The notes under the pieces: generated by a model
Told to the model about the DNA's origin: nothing
Seen by the model: the letters and a program-made list of their open reading frames with translations, nothing else
Databases searched by the model: none
Program-made: the position numbers and the translations under genes
Source of the DNA: an uncultured virus (IMG/VR IMGVR_UViG_3300025009_000077)
Lineage: Duplodnaviria; Heunggongvirae; Uroviricota; Caudoviricetes
IMG/VR virus record: IMGVR_UViG_3300025009_000077
Location: 1-64,000 of that record
Direction: 5' to 3' (one strand)
DNA length: 64,000 nucleotides
Shown: one piece after another, positions 48,206-58,790 of the stretch
Position numbering within the stretch: position 1 is the first letter of the stretch
Layout of the letters: each line of letters opens with the position of its first letter

Positions 48206-49279
48206 ATGGTTACTATTTATAATCCAATACTTACTACTGTAGGACAAACCTTAGTTTTAGAAAGTTTGGCTCACGGAACTCCTATCAATTTAAAATACTT
48301 TGCTTGGGGCGACGGAGGAGGATTTAATGTAAATCCTAGTCAATCCCAACAAAATTTAGTTAATGAAGTATATAGACAAAATATAACTTCATTATATATT
48401 AATAGCAATGTAGCTATATGGTTAGAAATTTTAACTATAGTTCCTGCTAGTGTTGGAGGATTCTATATAAGAGAAGTAGGAATATTTACAGATAACAATG
48501 AACTATTCTGTGTAGCAGCTCACCCAGAGGTGTATAAAAATGTACCGAGCGAAGGAGCCGTATATGATTTTAGGGAGAAGTTATTAATAGAAATAGTAAA
48601 TTTACCCGAAGTAACAATAAATTTGAGTGCTTCTACGGTTTATGTAACTCAGGACGACCTTCAGATACACAAACATAATGCTTTAGGATTCAATCCCACT
48701 AAAGTAATGCTAACTGGAGGAGAAGAAGTTCAAGGTCTTCTTCCTACCAACATGTTAGCTGAACCCGTTATTCTCACTGATGGGTCAGTAGCCATGGCGG
48801 GAAGTTTAAATCTTAATAACAACAACATAATAAATCTCAATAATCCTTCTAATCCTCAAGATGCAATGACTAAGGGATATGCAGACGGAACCTATGCTGG
48901 AATAGCTGGCTCCTCTACTCAATTATTTAGTGCTTCAGACGGAACTACTGGAAATCAGGTAGTTAATATAAGTCAATTCCCAAGTTCTCTTACAACTGAT
49001 GGATATTGTACTTTACCTAATGGCTTAATAATGCAATGGGGATTTAACTCTGCCACTATTTCAGAAGGTTCCTATCCAATAACTTTCCCCCAAGCATTTC
49101 CTACAGCATGCTTAAATATCACTGGAACTCTGAGCAATAGTATAGCTGATATTACTTCAGATATGATACTACAAATAGTATCTTTGTCTACCACGGGAGC
49201 TACTCTATTTGCTCAACATCCTTCGGGAGGCGGTTCTGGGAATCCTGATGGTTTCTATTGGTTTGCAATTGGACATTAA
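48206..49279 (+). CDS. tail fiber (collar domain DUF3751-like plus gp53-like C-terminus)
   Basis: LT..G, GDGGG, GGFYIREVGIF; GY..LPNGLIMQWG, FP.AFP, WFAIGH. Confidence 0.85.
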   Translation: MVTIYNPILTTVGQTLVLESLAHGTPINLKYFAWGDGGGFNVNPSQSQQNLVNEVYRQNITSLYINSNVAIWLEILTIVPASVGGFYIREVGIFTDNNELFCVAAHPEVYKNVPSEGAVYDFREKLLIEIVNLPEVTINLSASTVYVTQDDLQIHKHNALGFNPTKVMLTGGEEVQGLLPTNMLAEPVILTDGSVAMAGSLNLNNNNIINLNNPSNPQDAMTKGYADGTYAGIAGSSTQLFSASDGTTGNQVVNISQFPSSLTTDGYCTLPNGLIMQWGFNSATISEGSYPITFPQAFPTACLNITGTLSNSIADITSDMILQIVSLSTTGATLFAQHPSGGGSGNPDGFYWFAIGH

Positions 49280-49294
49280 TAAGAGAGGTGTAAT

Positions 49295-49783
49295 ATGAAT
49301 ATGTTAAGTAAATACATATCCGAGAGGGAGTTTACTGTAACTCAGGTTAGGGGAGTAGATAATTCACTTCCAACAGGTACTATTAAAAATAATGCTATAA
49401 TTTTATGTAATGATTATTTGGATATTATAAGAGCTTACTACAATAAGCCTCTTATAATAACTTCTGGGTATAGAAGTCCCGCAGTTAATAAGAAGGTGGG
49501 GGGAAGTGTAAAACCACCTTCTAAGCACATGGGCGGTAATGCTACGGATTTTCATGTCATAGGAGTATCTTTACAACAACTATTTAATGATATAGTTTTG
49601 GGGAACATTAAACAATCTAACGGAAAACCATTGATGGATATAGTAGACCAAGTTATATTCGAGAACCCGTCTAACCCTTGGATTCATATAGGAAGATGTA
49701 ATGGTACTCCAAGAAGACAAAAGATGAAAGCTGTTTTTAATAAAGCAGGTAAACCCATATACACTAATGTAAATAAAATTTAA
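49295..49783 (+). CDS. peptidase M15A endolysin
   Basis: ITSGYRS..VN..VGG...SKH..GNATD, DQVIFE, WIH. Confidence 0.88.
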   Translation: MNMLSKYISEREFTVTQVRGVDNSLPTGTIKNNAIILCNDYLDIIRAYYNKPLIITSGYRSPAVNKKVGGSVKPPSKHMGGNATDFHVIGVSLQQLFNDIVLGNIKQSNGKPLMDIVDQVIFENPSNPWIHIGRCNGTPRRQKMKAVFNKAGKPIYTNVNKI

Positions 49784-49811
49784 TAGAATCCACCTCCGAC
49801 AACCCTTTTAT

Positions 49812-49840
49812 GAGCTGTAAGAAATTACGGCTCTTTTTTT
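49812..49840 (+). terminator. intrinsic terminator ending the late block
   Basis: GAGCTGTAA-GAAA-TTACGGCTC-T7. Confidence 0.8.
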
Positions 49841-49849
49841 ACTTTGGTA

Positions 49850-49878
49850 TTGACATTTATAATTTCATGTGGTAAAAT
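49850..49878 (+). promoter_or_regulatory. sigma70-type promoter for the replication block
   Basis: TTGACA-N17-TAAAAT with TG. Confidence 0.75.
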
Positions 49879-49907
49879 GGTATTAAATAGTAATAATAGG
49901 AATTAGT

Positions 49908-50240
49908 ATGTTTATACCTGATTTTATTTTTGAGCCAGAAGATATAGAATATTTAAAAGAAGAAGATATTTTTATGGGAGAATATCCTCATAAGAAAAGT
50001 GGTACTCTATATTTTAAATTGAACGAGTACAGATTCGATAGACTAATAGATATTATTTACGGTAATCCAATGTTTAAGGATAAAGATAAATCAGACATTG
50101 AATTTGATTTGAGGGTACTGTCTCATTTATTTACTGATTTAGTATCGGGAAGTGTATCAAAGGAACTTTTGATATTAGGTATAATTGGATACAATCAGAT
50201 AAATCCCAATAACGCAAAGGTGCTTATGACTTTAATATAA
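49908..50240 (+). CDS. hypothetical protein
   Basis: First ORF after the promoter. Confidence 0.6.
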   Translation: MFIPDFIFEPEDIEYLKEEDIFMGEYPHKKSGTLYFKLNEYRFDRLIDIIYGNPMFKDKDKSDIEFDLRVLSHLFTDLVSGSVSKELLILGIIGYNQINPNNAKVLMTLI

Positions 50241-50243
50241 TTT

Positions 50244-51158
50244 ATGTTAAGAGGAGGAATTTTGGGAAAATTTATTATAGTAGATTTTTCGTGGTGTTTA
50301 AATCGTTTTCATTTTGGATTCAAGGACCATTACATTAAAAAAGACGAAGAGAATATATTTGTAGGAAGTATAAAAGGTTTTTCTTTTTTAGTGGAGAGGC
50401 TATATAAAAAATATCCAGAGCATAAAGTTATCTTTGTGATGGATGGGAAATGTTCTAAAAAAGAAATAAATGAAGAATATAAAGCTAATAGGGACAAAGA
50501 TAAAACTAAAGTATATATGGATACTTCACATATCGTAAATATATTATCCAACTTAAACCATATAGCTTTTGCAAAGAACGAGGAATGTGAGGCTGATGAC
50601 CTTATAGCTAACATAGCTTTTGAATTAAAAGAAAAAGGCAATGAAGAAATAATAATTTATTCAGGAGATAAAGATTTTTGGCAATTATCTCAGATATTTA
50701 AAGTTTCTAACGATTACGATAAAGGATTTAAATTTGTAGATAATAACTTAGTTTTTAGTAAATTCGGAGTTTCTACTGAGAACCTATTATCCTTTAGAAT
50801 TTTGGATGGGGATAAGTCAGATAATTTAAAAGCTCCCGTTCCTTTTGTTAAGACAGAGTTTAAGAAGTTATTTGCTGAGAGATGGAATCCTACTACACCC
50901 GAGAAGTTCTTAGAAGCAGTTAATTCTTTTGAGGGAACAAAGTGGGAAGCAACAGCTAAAAAATATTTGGATGTTATAGATGTTGTTGATAACTACTTGG
51001 AATTGATGGACTTACGTAAATATAATGATAAAGAGAATAGAATAGAATATAAATTATTTAGGGGAACCCCGAACAGAGATTTAATCTCGTATTATGAACT
51101 AAGACAATTTGAAGTTTTTCTTTATGACATACTTAAGGGAGCTAGTGTTAATGTTTAA
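50244..51158 (+). CDS. 5'-3' exonuclease / flap endonuclease (T4 RNase H-like)
   Basis: YKANR, EADD, SGDKD..QL, GDKSDN; true start may be TTG 50262. Confidence 0.88.
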   Translation: MLRGGILGKFIIVDFSWCLNRFHFGFKDHYIKKDEENIFVGSIKGFSFLVERLYKKYPEHKVIFVMDGKCSKKEINEEYKANRDKDKTKVYMDTSHIVNILSNLNHIAFAKNEECEADDLIANIAFELKEKGNEEIIIYSGDKDFWQLSQIFKVSNDYDKGFKFVDNNLVFSKFGVSTENLLSFRILDGDKSDNLKAPVPFVKTEFKKLFAERWNPTTPEKFLEAVNSFEGTKWEATAKKYLDVIDVVDNYLELMDLRKYNDKENRIEYKLFRGTPNRDLISYYELRQFEVFLYDILKGASVNV

Positions 51159-51708
51159 TGTGGGTATATATTCTTCTGCGATGAGGATGGGAAAATCAGA
51201 AACGGCTAAATATTTTGTAAAAGAATATAAATATAATATGCTTACGTTTGCAGAGCCCATGAAAGATATGATTGAAATAATATTAAAAGGACTAGGTTAC
51301 GATAAAATTAAAATTTATGATATGCTTTATGGTAATTTAAAAGAGGTTATCATACCAGAGCTAGGAGTTACCCCCAGATTCTTACTTGTTACTTTGGGTA
51401 GCAAGTGGGGAAGAGGAATGATTAATGACGATATGTGGATTAAGATAGCCCTCGGGAATTTAGACCCTAACTTAAGATATGTGTGCGAGGATGTAAGACT
51501 TTTCAACGAGGCAGAACATTTAAGAGAAAAAGGATTTAAACTCATAAGAGTTATTAATCCTAGAGTACCTTTAGTAGAAAGTATATCTGAAGGTAAGTTG
51601 GATGATTATTCCTTTGATTATATACTAATGAACGATGGTTCTATAGAAGATTTGCATAAACAGGTAGAGAGTATAATATGTGGGGATTGGGGAGTAATCT
51701 ATGAGTAA
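51151..51708 (+). CDS. deoxynucleoside monophosphate kinase (gp1-like)
   Basis: GKS, FAEPMK, TPR.LL..LG..WGR, DVR..NE, SE. Confidence 0.85.
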   Translation: MFNVGIYSSAMRMGKSETAKYFVKEYKYNMLTFAEPMKDMIEIILKGLGYDKIKIYDMLYGNLKEVIIPELGVTPRFLLVTLGSKWGRGMINDDMWIKIALGNLDPNLRYVCEDVRLFNEAEHLREKGFKLIRVINPRVPLVESISEGKLDDYSFDYILMNDGSIEDLHKQVESIICGDWGVIYE

Positions 51709-52135
51709 GAAGAATAAATGTATTGTATTCGATTTTGACGGAACTATTGCCGATTACTCAAAAAGGGACTATCTAAGGGACATAGATTGGGATGCTTATA
51801 TAGCTGCTTCTTTCTCAGATGTTCCTAGTAAACCAGTAGTTGAAATAATAGAGAGATTTAAAAGCGACTACAACATAATTATTCTTTCTGCTAGAAGTGA
51901 GAAGAGTAGGGAAGAAACAGAAGAATGGTTAAATAAATATAGCATATATCATGATGACTTGATTCTTAAACCCGATAATACAACTGAAGAAGATTGTGAT
52001 ATAAAAGTAAAACTTATTAAGGACATACCTGAAAAGTACGGGGAAATATTATTTTGTATAGATGACCGTAGCTCATGTGTTCAAAGCTTTAGAAGTTCTG
52101 GATTGTATGTGTTTCAATGCGGGAATGGATACTAA
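51701..52135 (+). CDS. HAD phosphatase (PNKP 3'-phosphatase-like)
   Basis: FDFDGT, SAR, T..WL, DDR. Confidence 0.85.
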   Translation: MSKKNKCIVFDFDGTIADYSKRDYLRDIDWDAYIAASFSDVPSKPVVEIIERFKSDYNIIILSARSEKSREETEEWLNKYSIYHDDLILKPDNTTEEDCDIKVKLIKDIPEKYGEILFCIDDRSSCVQSFRSSGLYVFQCGNGY

Positions 52136-52152
52136 TATATAAGGGATAGAAA

Positions 52153-53568
52153 TTGTTAAAGTTAAATGATGATATAGTTTTAAAAGACTATCAAGTACAG
52201 GCTGTGGATTTTTCCACATCTCGACCTGCTTCTTTGATGAGTATGAAGACGGGAACGGGCAAGAGTGTAATTATTATTAAGTCTTCCATGGATTTAATAA
52301 ATAATAATTTATGCGATAAGATTTTAGTGCTATGTACTAAATCTGCATTGTTGGAAGTTCAAGACGATTTTAACGGAAAGACTAACTATAGACCCGATAT
52401 TTTAATAACAGACATAGACATAGAAGATTTTTTTAAGGGTAGTTCTAAGATAGCTTTACTTCAATATGAAAATTTTAACAAAATAGATTTAAGTAAACTC
52501 TTTAAGTTTCTAACTAAATTTAGAACGGCTTGTTATGCGGACGAAGCCCATAAGCTTAAAACTCCTAAAGCTATGTTGACTAGGAGTATGATAGCAATAA
52601 GGAGGGGATTTAAATACCTTGTCTTCTTAACTGCTACTCCTTTAACAACCTCGTTAATGGACTTATTTCATATCGTACATATATTGGATAAAAGTATTTT
52701 TAAAAACAAAACGGCTTTTACTAATACATTCGTAGAAATTAAAATGATTAAGAATTGGCAAACGGGTCATCAGTACCCAGAAATAACGGGATATAAAAAT
52801 TTAGAACTTTTGAGAGAGCTTATAGCTCCCGTATGTTTTCAATATTATCCCGAACAAGATACTCAGTATATTGAACATTCTATTAAGATAAAGGATATAG
52901 ATTCTTACATAGAAGCTTCTGAGGGATTATTTAAAACGAAGGATACTAAGATACATGCTACTAGGTTGATAGATTTACAACAAGTGGTGGACAAGGACGA
53001 GAATAAACTTAAACTGTATCTCATGGCTATTAAACCTATTCTTAGAGAGGGTCTTATAACTTATTGTCATTTCAGAGAAACAATAGATACTCTATCTTCT
53101 ATTTTTGATAAGATAGGAATAGACTATAGAGTTATTAGTGGTAAAGTTAATACTAAAGAAAGAAGAGAAATTAAACAGTGGTTTAACTCAGACCCTGCTA
53201 AAAAAGTTTTATTAATATCAAGTGCGGGTTCTCAAAGTTTGAATCTTCAATCTGTAAACAATATGTTCTTTTATAATATTCCGTTTGGGTTTGGGGCTTT
53301 TAGTCAGGCTAAGGGAAGAATAGAAAGATTATTTAGCCAACATACTAATTTTAAAATTCATTTTATACTTACAGATATAGAAGTAGAAGGAAAGATAACT
53401 GGAACTGTTGATAGATATAAACACGAACTCATATCTTCTTATGGGGAAATAACAGAAAAAGTATTTAATGCCAAAGAAGTTCCTAAAGCAGAATTGACTT
53501 CTTTTAATGCTCGATTAATAAAAAAACTTAAAGAACAAATGTTGTGGATTTACAAGAGAAAGAAGTAA
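52153..53568 (+). CDS. SNF2-like helicase
   Basis: YQ, GTGKS, DEAH, TATP, SLNLQ, QAKGRIER. Confidence 0.85.
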   Translation: MLKLNDDIVLKDYQVQAVDFSTSRPASLMSMKTGTGKSVIIIKSSMDLINNNLCDKILVLCTKSALLEVQDDFNGKTNYRPDILITDIDIEDFFKGSSKIALLQYENFNKIDLSKLFKFLTKFRTACYADEAHKLKTPKAMLTRSMIAIRRGFKYLVFLTATPLTTSLMDLFHIVHILDKSIFKNKTAFTNTFVEIKMIKNWQTGHQYPEITGYKNLELLRELIAPVCFQYYPEQDTQYIEHSIKIKDIDSYIEASEGLFKTKDTKIHATRLIDLQQVVDKDENKLKLYLMAIKPILREGLITYCHFRETIDTLSSIFDKIGIDYRVISGKVNTKERREIKQWFNSDPAKKVLLISSAGSQSLNLQSVNNMFFYNIPFGFGAFSQAKGRIERLFSQHTNFKIHFILTDIEVEGKITGTVDRYKHELISSYGEITEKVFNAKEVPKAELTSFNARLIKKLKEQMLWIYKRKK

Positions 53569-53572
53569 CCAC

Positions 53573-53601
53573 TTTACAAAAAGATATATTTGTGGTATAA
53601 T
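53573..53601 (+). promoter_or_regulatory. sigma70-type promoter
   Basis: TTTACA-N17-TATAAT with TG. Confidence 0.65.
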
Positions 53602-53629
53602 ATATTTCAAGAGGAGGAGAATATTATCT

Positions 53630-54232
53630 ATGCCGTTTGATAATAATATTACGGAAGAACAGTATAGAAATGCTTATATATCGGGCATGGGGTTTTTAAT
53701 GAAGCATTTCTTAAAAGTTACTTCTAATCCCAAGAAGTTTGAAACTCTTGATAGTTTGATACATAGAGGAAATAACTATTTTATAAAGTCCAATAGCACG
53801 GATACTCTAATGCAAGTTGCTTCTTTTGTCGTACATAAAAATATTTATTATATAGGTAATACAGGGTATCCTAATTTTAAAGGATTTTCTTTTAGACATT
53901 ATAAAAAACTAATGGATGACATGATGTCCAAAAATTATGAGTATGATAATGCCAAAGAAAATGATATTTTAATGTTATATTTTCCAAGGGATATATATAG
54001 TTTTGATAAGATAGTACAATGTTTATCTCCTGTGATATCTGCTAGGGATAATGAGAGACATATTAATTTAATATTAACTACCAATCCAAATTTAAAAGAG
54101 CATCTTAAAATTTCTGATATGACTTCAGATAGAAGTTTAATATATAAAGATGTTAATTTATTACAAGATAAAACTGTTAAAGTATTAAGTAGTACTAAAA
54201 CTAAATCTATAGGGACATCTGAAAATTTTTAA
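53630..54232 (+). CDS. hypothetical protein, possibly a degenerate DnaC-like helicase loader
   Basis: Precedes DnaB; I..R......ILTTN resembles the DnaC/IstB C-terminus but there is no Walker A. Confidence 0.4.
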   Translation: MPFDNNITEEQYRNAYISGMGFLMKHFLKVTSNPKKFETLDSLIHRGNNYFIKSNSTDTLMQVASFVVHKNIYYIGNTGYPNFKGFSFRHYKKLMDDMMSKNYEYDNAKENDILMLYFPRDIYSFDKIVQCLSPVISARDNERHINLILTTNPNLKEHLKISDMTSDRSLIYKDVNLLQDKTVKVLSSTKTKSIGTSENF

Positions 54233-54244
54233 AGGGGAGTAGTT

Positions 54245-55837
54245 TTGGCTAATAACGAATTAGTAAATCCAATGGATTCGGAAGAACTAAGCGATTATAT
54301 TATTATAGTATTAAATCATTTAGATAAGATAACTGATATCTCATCCATGGATGAGTTAATAGAATTACTTGAGTTTAGTCCAGATGGTATTAAATTATAT
54401 TCTAAAGTACTTCAAGATTGTAAAAAGTTTTATACAGATAATAAAAGATTCCCTGATATAAATTATATTATATCTTTGCATAATATTTTAGTTCATAAAA
54501 AGGATTGTCCTTTTAGTTTAGATATTCTCATAAAACTTAAGAAGGAATTAATAAGACATAAACAAATTAGTGAAGTAAAAAATGCTATTGATAAGAATGA
54601 TATATCCAAAGTAAGAGATATACTCAGACAGGATGTGGATGTAACTAAACCTAAACTTCTAGGTATGGAAGATATATTTGATGTATACGAACGTCAAGAA
54701 CTTATGCCTAGGGGAGTAATGATTGGTATCCCTGAAGTAGACCACTATTTAAAAGGTTTGGATTACGGGACACTGAATGTAATTGGGGCTCCTCCTCAAT
54801 CATTTAAAACTACATTTGCTATATCAACAGCATACACCGCCTCTTATAGAGAGGGTAAAAAAGTATTATTCATAACCTTAGAGGTTGTTCCTAGAAATGT
54901 TTTATACAATATCGTATCAAGGCACTCTTATGAAATGTACGGAAAACAGGGAGCCATTCCAGCCGTAGACTTGAAAAAGACTCTACTATTAGAAGATAGC
55001 AAGGAGAAGTTTAAAGAAGTAAAAGATAACTTTCTTCAAACCTGTAAAGGAGATTTAAGAATAGCAGGAGTTAATGATTTAGAAGAGTATTCTATGGAAT
55101 ACATAGAAGCTTTTATACTCAGGATGAGGGACGAGATGGGGGGTTTAGACTTAGTTTATGTGGACTACTTAAACCTGTTTAAGAACAAAATACCTCCTAA
55201 ATTAAAGTTAGACCAGTACCAAGCTTTAAATTATTATGTTGATACCTTACAAGAGATAGCGGTTAAGCATAATTTAATAATAGTACTATTATTAAATTAT
55301 AAAACAGAAGCTATAGATAAATTGGAAGCTATTGTGGAGAAGGCAGAGAAGAGTGGGACACCCTCTTCTAATACTAAACTAGCATCTTCTACATACTTCG
55401 CTGAAGCCAATGCTCTTGGGAGAACTGCTATGACTGCTATGATTTTTCACTGTACCACCGCCATGAGGAATGCTAAGGTAGTAAACATACACATAGTAAA
55501 GAACAGAGATTTTGAATCCCCAGATAAACCTATTCCTTCTCCTATTATGCCAGAGTTTTTTGTGTTTGGGACTCAGGGGAGTAACTTTACTAACTGTTCT
55601 GTGTTATCCCCATCCTTTAACAATAGTGTATCTACTGGAACTCAAGATATCAATTCTCTTGCGGATGATTTTGTTGTGGGGGATATCGAAGACATAGGGA
55701 TGGATGATAACGTACCTACTTCAGAAATTGCCAATACCGAAGGAGTAACTGTTATAGGAGAGGAGGTTCTTCCAAATATAGAAGATATTATAACATTAGA
55801 TGATTTAATGAAGGAACCCAACGATGAATCTAAATGA
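54245..55837 (+). CDS. DnaB-like replicative helicase
   Basis: G...VD....G, GAPPQSFKT, FITLE, VDYL, KNRD. Confidence 0.8.
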   Translation: MANNELVNPMDSEELSDYIIIVLNHLDKITDISSMDELIELLEFSPDGIKLYSKVLQDCKKFYTDNKRFPDINYIISLHNILVHKKDCPFSLDILIKLKKELIRHKQISEVKNAIDKNDISKVRDILRQDVDVTKPKLLGMEDIFDVYERQELMPRGVMIGIPEVDHYLKGLDYGTLNVIGAPPQSFKTTFAISTAYTASYREGKKVLFITLEVVPRNVLYNIVSRHSYEMYGKQGAIPAVDLKKTLLLEDSKEKFKEVKDNFLQTCKGDLRIAGVNDLEEYSMEYIEAFILRMRDEMGGLDLVYVDYLNLFKNKIPPKLKLDQYQALNYYVDTLQEIAVKHNLIIVLLLNYKTEAIDKLEAIVEKAEKSGTPSSNTKLASSTYFAEANALGRTAMTAMIFHCTTAMRNAKVVNIHIVKNRDFESPDKPIPSPIMPEFFVFGTQGSNFTNCSVLSPSFNNSVSTGTQDINSLADDFVVGDIEDIGMDDNVPTSEIANTEGVTVIGEEVLPNIEDIITLDDLMKEPNDESK

Positions 55838-56267
55838 GAGAGAGGTTAGAATACTTATAGAAAAATTAGTTCCTTTTGATTCTTTGATTGATGTTGGATA
55901 CGGTAATGTCTTTTGTCCTTTCCACGAAGACCCTAGGTACAGTAAGTCTAAGTCTGCTAGATTTTATTTCGATGATGATGGAGTAATTAGATTACATTGT
56001 TGGGGAGAACATAGATTTTTTACTTCTTATGATTATTTAAAATTAAAATTAAATATAAATCCATTTAAATATCTTAAAGATAATTTTTCCGATAAAGAAA
56101 TAAAAGATTACAGTAAACTTATAAAAGACTTGGGATTGTTAAAAAATGGATTAAGGGATGAGGAAGTAATATTAAAAGTAAATAATACTTGGGTGGATAG
56201 CTTTGAAAGAATAGATGTCTTTTTAGACAATCTATATCACGGTTACAGATTAGATGAAGTTAATTGA
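55824..56267 (+). CDS. stand-alone primase CHC2-type Zn-binding domain protein
   Basis: FCPFHED...SA......HCWG. Confidence 0.65.
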   Translation: MNLNEREVRILIEKLVPFDSLIDVGYGNVFCPFHEDPRYSKSKSARFYFDDDGVIRLHCWGEHRFFTSYDYLKLKLNINPFKYLKDNFSDKEIKDYSKLIKDLGLLKNGLRDEEVILKVNNTWVDSFERIDVFLDNLYHGYRLDEVN

Positions 56268-56279
56268 GGAGATTTTATA

Positions 56280-58784
56280 GTGAGCATAGCAAATAAAATA
56301 GACTACCGACATTATTTTGACCCAGTACCATTAGATTTTAATTGGGAAGATAAATTTAAATATAAGTTGATAGAGTCAGAACAAGAATTAAAAGACTTGT
56401 TAGGAGATTGTACTGGAAGAGTAATGGCTTATGACTGTGAGACGGACGGACTGGACTACAGGAGAAATGAAATGATAGGATTCTCTTTTAGTTTTGATGC
56501 TTGGTCGGGATATTATATTCCCATTCGACATGTCCTTTCGTGGGATGAGGAAGGGAAAGAAGAAAAAAGATATGAAGATACAGGATTAATTCATTTCAAG
56601 AAACCTACTCAAGATAAGATTCTTAAAAAATTAATTAAAGCTAATGAAAGTATCGAGGGATTTTCTCCAGATGATGATAGTGTCATAGACTATCCTAATA
56701 TATTTTTAGAATCCTTAATGGAAGCTAAGTCCCTCGATAAGGACTATCTTGAAATAATTAAAGAGAAGATAGAAGAAGCTACTTGTATCTATCCTCTTGA
56801 TTTAGAAGAACATTTCCCAGAGTCATTAAAAATTCTTAAAGAGAATTTTTATACTCTTGAACCTTCTATGAAAAAAATTAAAATCAAGAAGTATAAAGAA
56901 AGTGAAAAGAATTTAAATCCTAAAAATTGTTTAGATATAATTTATGATGCTTTACGTAAATCAAAATTAACCTTATGTCATAATGCCACATTTGATATGT
57001 CAATGCTTAAGAAGGAAGGTTATGATACTTCAAAGATAAATATTTTTGATACTATGGTATTGACCTATAATTCAGATACAAATGCTAAAGGTATGATGGG
57101 ATTAAAACCAGCAACGGAACATTTCTTGGGAAGACGTGCTACTAAATTTAAAGAAGTATTAGGTACCAACAAGACATTAAAAGACGTAGACCCTTCTGCT
57201 TGTGCTTTTTATGCTTCTTGTGATACTGGAAATACTTTTGGGCTATTTCAAGTTCTCTATCCAACTTTGAAAAGGGAAGGTTGCGAAAAAATATTATCCT
57301 TAGATAATAAGCTTGTTAAGGCATTTGCTGATTACTATGTAGAGAATCCTTTGTACATAGATAAGCTTGTTATGAACGAGTACAAAGATACTATATTAAA
57401 GAGAATAGAAGAACTAGAGATGAGTATCTTCCAAACAGTAGGATACCCTTTTAACATACGTTCTAGGACTAAAGAGCTACCAGCAGCCTTAATGTCCTTG
57501 GGAATAGATACGGGAGTCAGAACAGAGACTGGTTGTATGAGTACTGCTAAGGATGCTTTATTGCAAGTATCTGGTCAGCATCCTATAGTCAAAGAGTTGA
57601 TAGAGCTTAGTTCTTTGGAGAAACAATTAAATTCTTATATAGATAAACTATCTAAGTGTGATTCGCTTCCAGATAACCCTAACATAGGAATATGCAGGAT
57701 TAACTATAAATTATTCGACACTGCTTCTGGAAGGTTAGCTTCTGGAACGGGGGGTAAGTCTAAAGCCGAGGACAATGATTATTTCATAAATTTAAATATA
57801 CAGAATTTAACTAAGCCTAAACCAGCTATATACGAAGCTATCAAGTTGGATAATGACTACCAAGGCATTCTTGGGTATGAGTTTAAATTAATCGGTAAGC
57901 CAGATGATGTTAAGGAATATGTATCTCAGAATCCTAATAAGTATTTTGTAGAGGGATTAAGCCCAGACCTTAATGTAAGAAAAGCTATACGGGTTAAGAA
58001 CGATGATGAGTTAATCCTATCAGTGGATTATTCAGCACAAGAACTTAAGTTAGCTGGTGTTATTAGCGGGGAACCTAACTTCGTAGAACCTTTTAAAGAA
58101 GGTAGGGACGTTCATACTGAAATGGCTAAGAAATTATTCGGAGAAGAGAATTACGATAAAGAAAAAAGAAAAGCAGCTAAGGTAGCTAACTTTGGTTTAT
58201 TATACGGAGGAAGTCCTCCAGTCTTGAAAGCGGTAGCTGAACAGATGGGAGTTATGATGTCTGAAGAGGAATCTCAAGAGCTGTATAATAAATGGTGGAA
58301 TGCTAACATAACTCTTAAAGTTTGGAAAGACCTAGAGTTGAATAAGGCAGAGAAGGAAACTAACTTTACAGTAACCGATATGTTCGGAAGACCTCGGAGA
58401 GTTAAACACTACTTAACTTCCGATGATAGAGGAACTTATAACTTTGGAGTTAGGACAATAGCTTCTCATAAAATTCAAGGTTCTGGAAGTTCTATTATGA
58501 GGCAATTGTTAGTGAACTTAGCTAATAAGATATTTCTTAATCCTAAGTACTCTAGTGAGGTAGCTTATGTCTCATCCGTACATGATGAATGTAATTATAG
58601 AATAAACAAAAGAAGATTTACTCAGTGGGCTAAAGTAATAGAAGATTTGATGGTATTCAATCCTCCTAACTTCCCAATACCTATAGATTGTTCTATAGAG
58701 GTGGGAGACAGTCTTGGACACCTATTTGCTTTCAAATGGGAAGACGACAGCAGAGTAAGACTGATTCCTAAACGCTGTAATTAA
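56280..58784 (+). CDS. polA: DNA polymerase family A with 3'-5' exonuclease
   Basis: DCETDG, HNA.FD, SGRL, DYSAQEL, R..AK..NFGLLYG, VHDE. Confidence 0.93.
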   Translation: MSIANKIDYRHYFDPVPLDFNWEDKFKYKLIESEQELKDLLGDCTGRVMAYDCETDGLDYRRNEMIGFSFSFDAWSGYYIPIRHVLSWDEEGKEEKRYEDTGLIHFKKPTQDKILKKLIKANESIEGFSPDDDSVIDYPNIFLESLMEAKSLDKDYLEIIKEKIEEATCIYPLDLEEHFPESLKILKENFYTLEPSMKKIKIKKYKESEKNLNPKNCLDIIYDALRKSKLTLCHNATFDMSMLKKEGYDTSKINIFDTMVLTYNSDTNAKGMMGLKPATEHFLGRRATKFKEVLGTNKTLKDVDPSACAFYASCDTGNTFGLFQVLYPTLKREGCEKILSLDNKLVKAFADYYVENPLYIDKLVMNEYKDTILKRIEELEMSIFQTVGYPFNIRSRTKELPAALMSLGIDTGVRTETGCMSTAKDALLQVSGQHPIVKELIELSSLEKQLNSYIDKLSKCDSLPDNPNIGICRINYKLFDTASGRLASGTGGKSKAEDNDYFINLNIQNLTKPKPAIYEAIKLDNDYQGILGYEFKLIGKPDDVKEYVSQNPNKYFVEGLSPDLNVRKAIRVKNDDELILSVDYSAQELKLAGVISGEPNFVEPFKEGRDVHTEMAKKLFGEENYDKEKRKAAKVANFGLLYGGSPPVLKAVAEQMGVMMSEEESQELYNKWWNANITLKVWKDLELNKAEKETNFTVTDMFGRPRRVKHYLTSDDRGTYNFGVRTIASHKIQGSGSSIMRQLLVNLANKIFLNPKYSSEVAYVSSVHDECNYRINKRRFTQWAKVIEDLMVFNPPNFPIPIDCSIEVGDSLGHLFAFKWEDDSRVRLIPKRCN

Positions 58785-58790
58785 TCTTAA

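Noticed and set aside
55512..55697. 61-aa + strand ORF
   Set aside because: Alternate frame inside the DnaB-like gene
54245..55837. Inactive helicase because Walker A reads QSFKT
   Set aside because: The catalytic K-T, E and D residues are retained; likely a clade variant
56280..58784. Intein or intron in PolA (and TerL)
   Set aside because: Frames are continuous, with no C...HN-[CST] splice motifs or LAGLIDADG blocks
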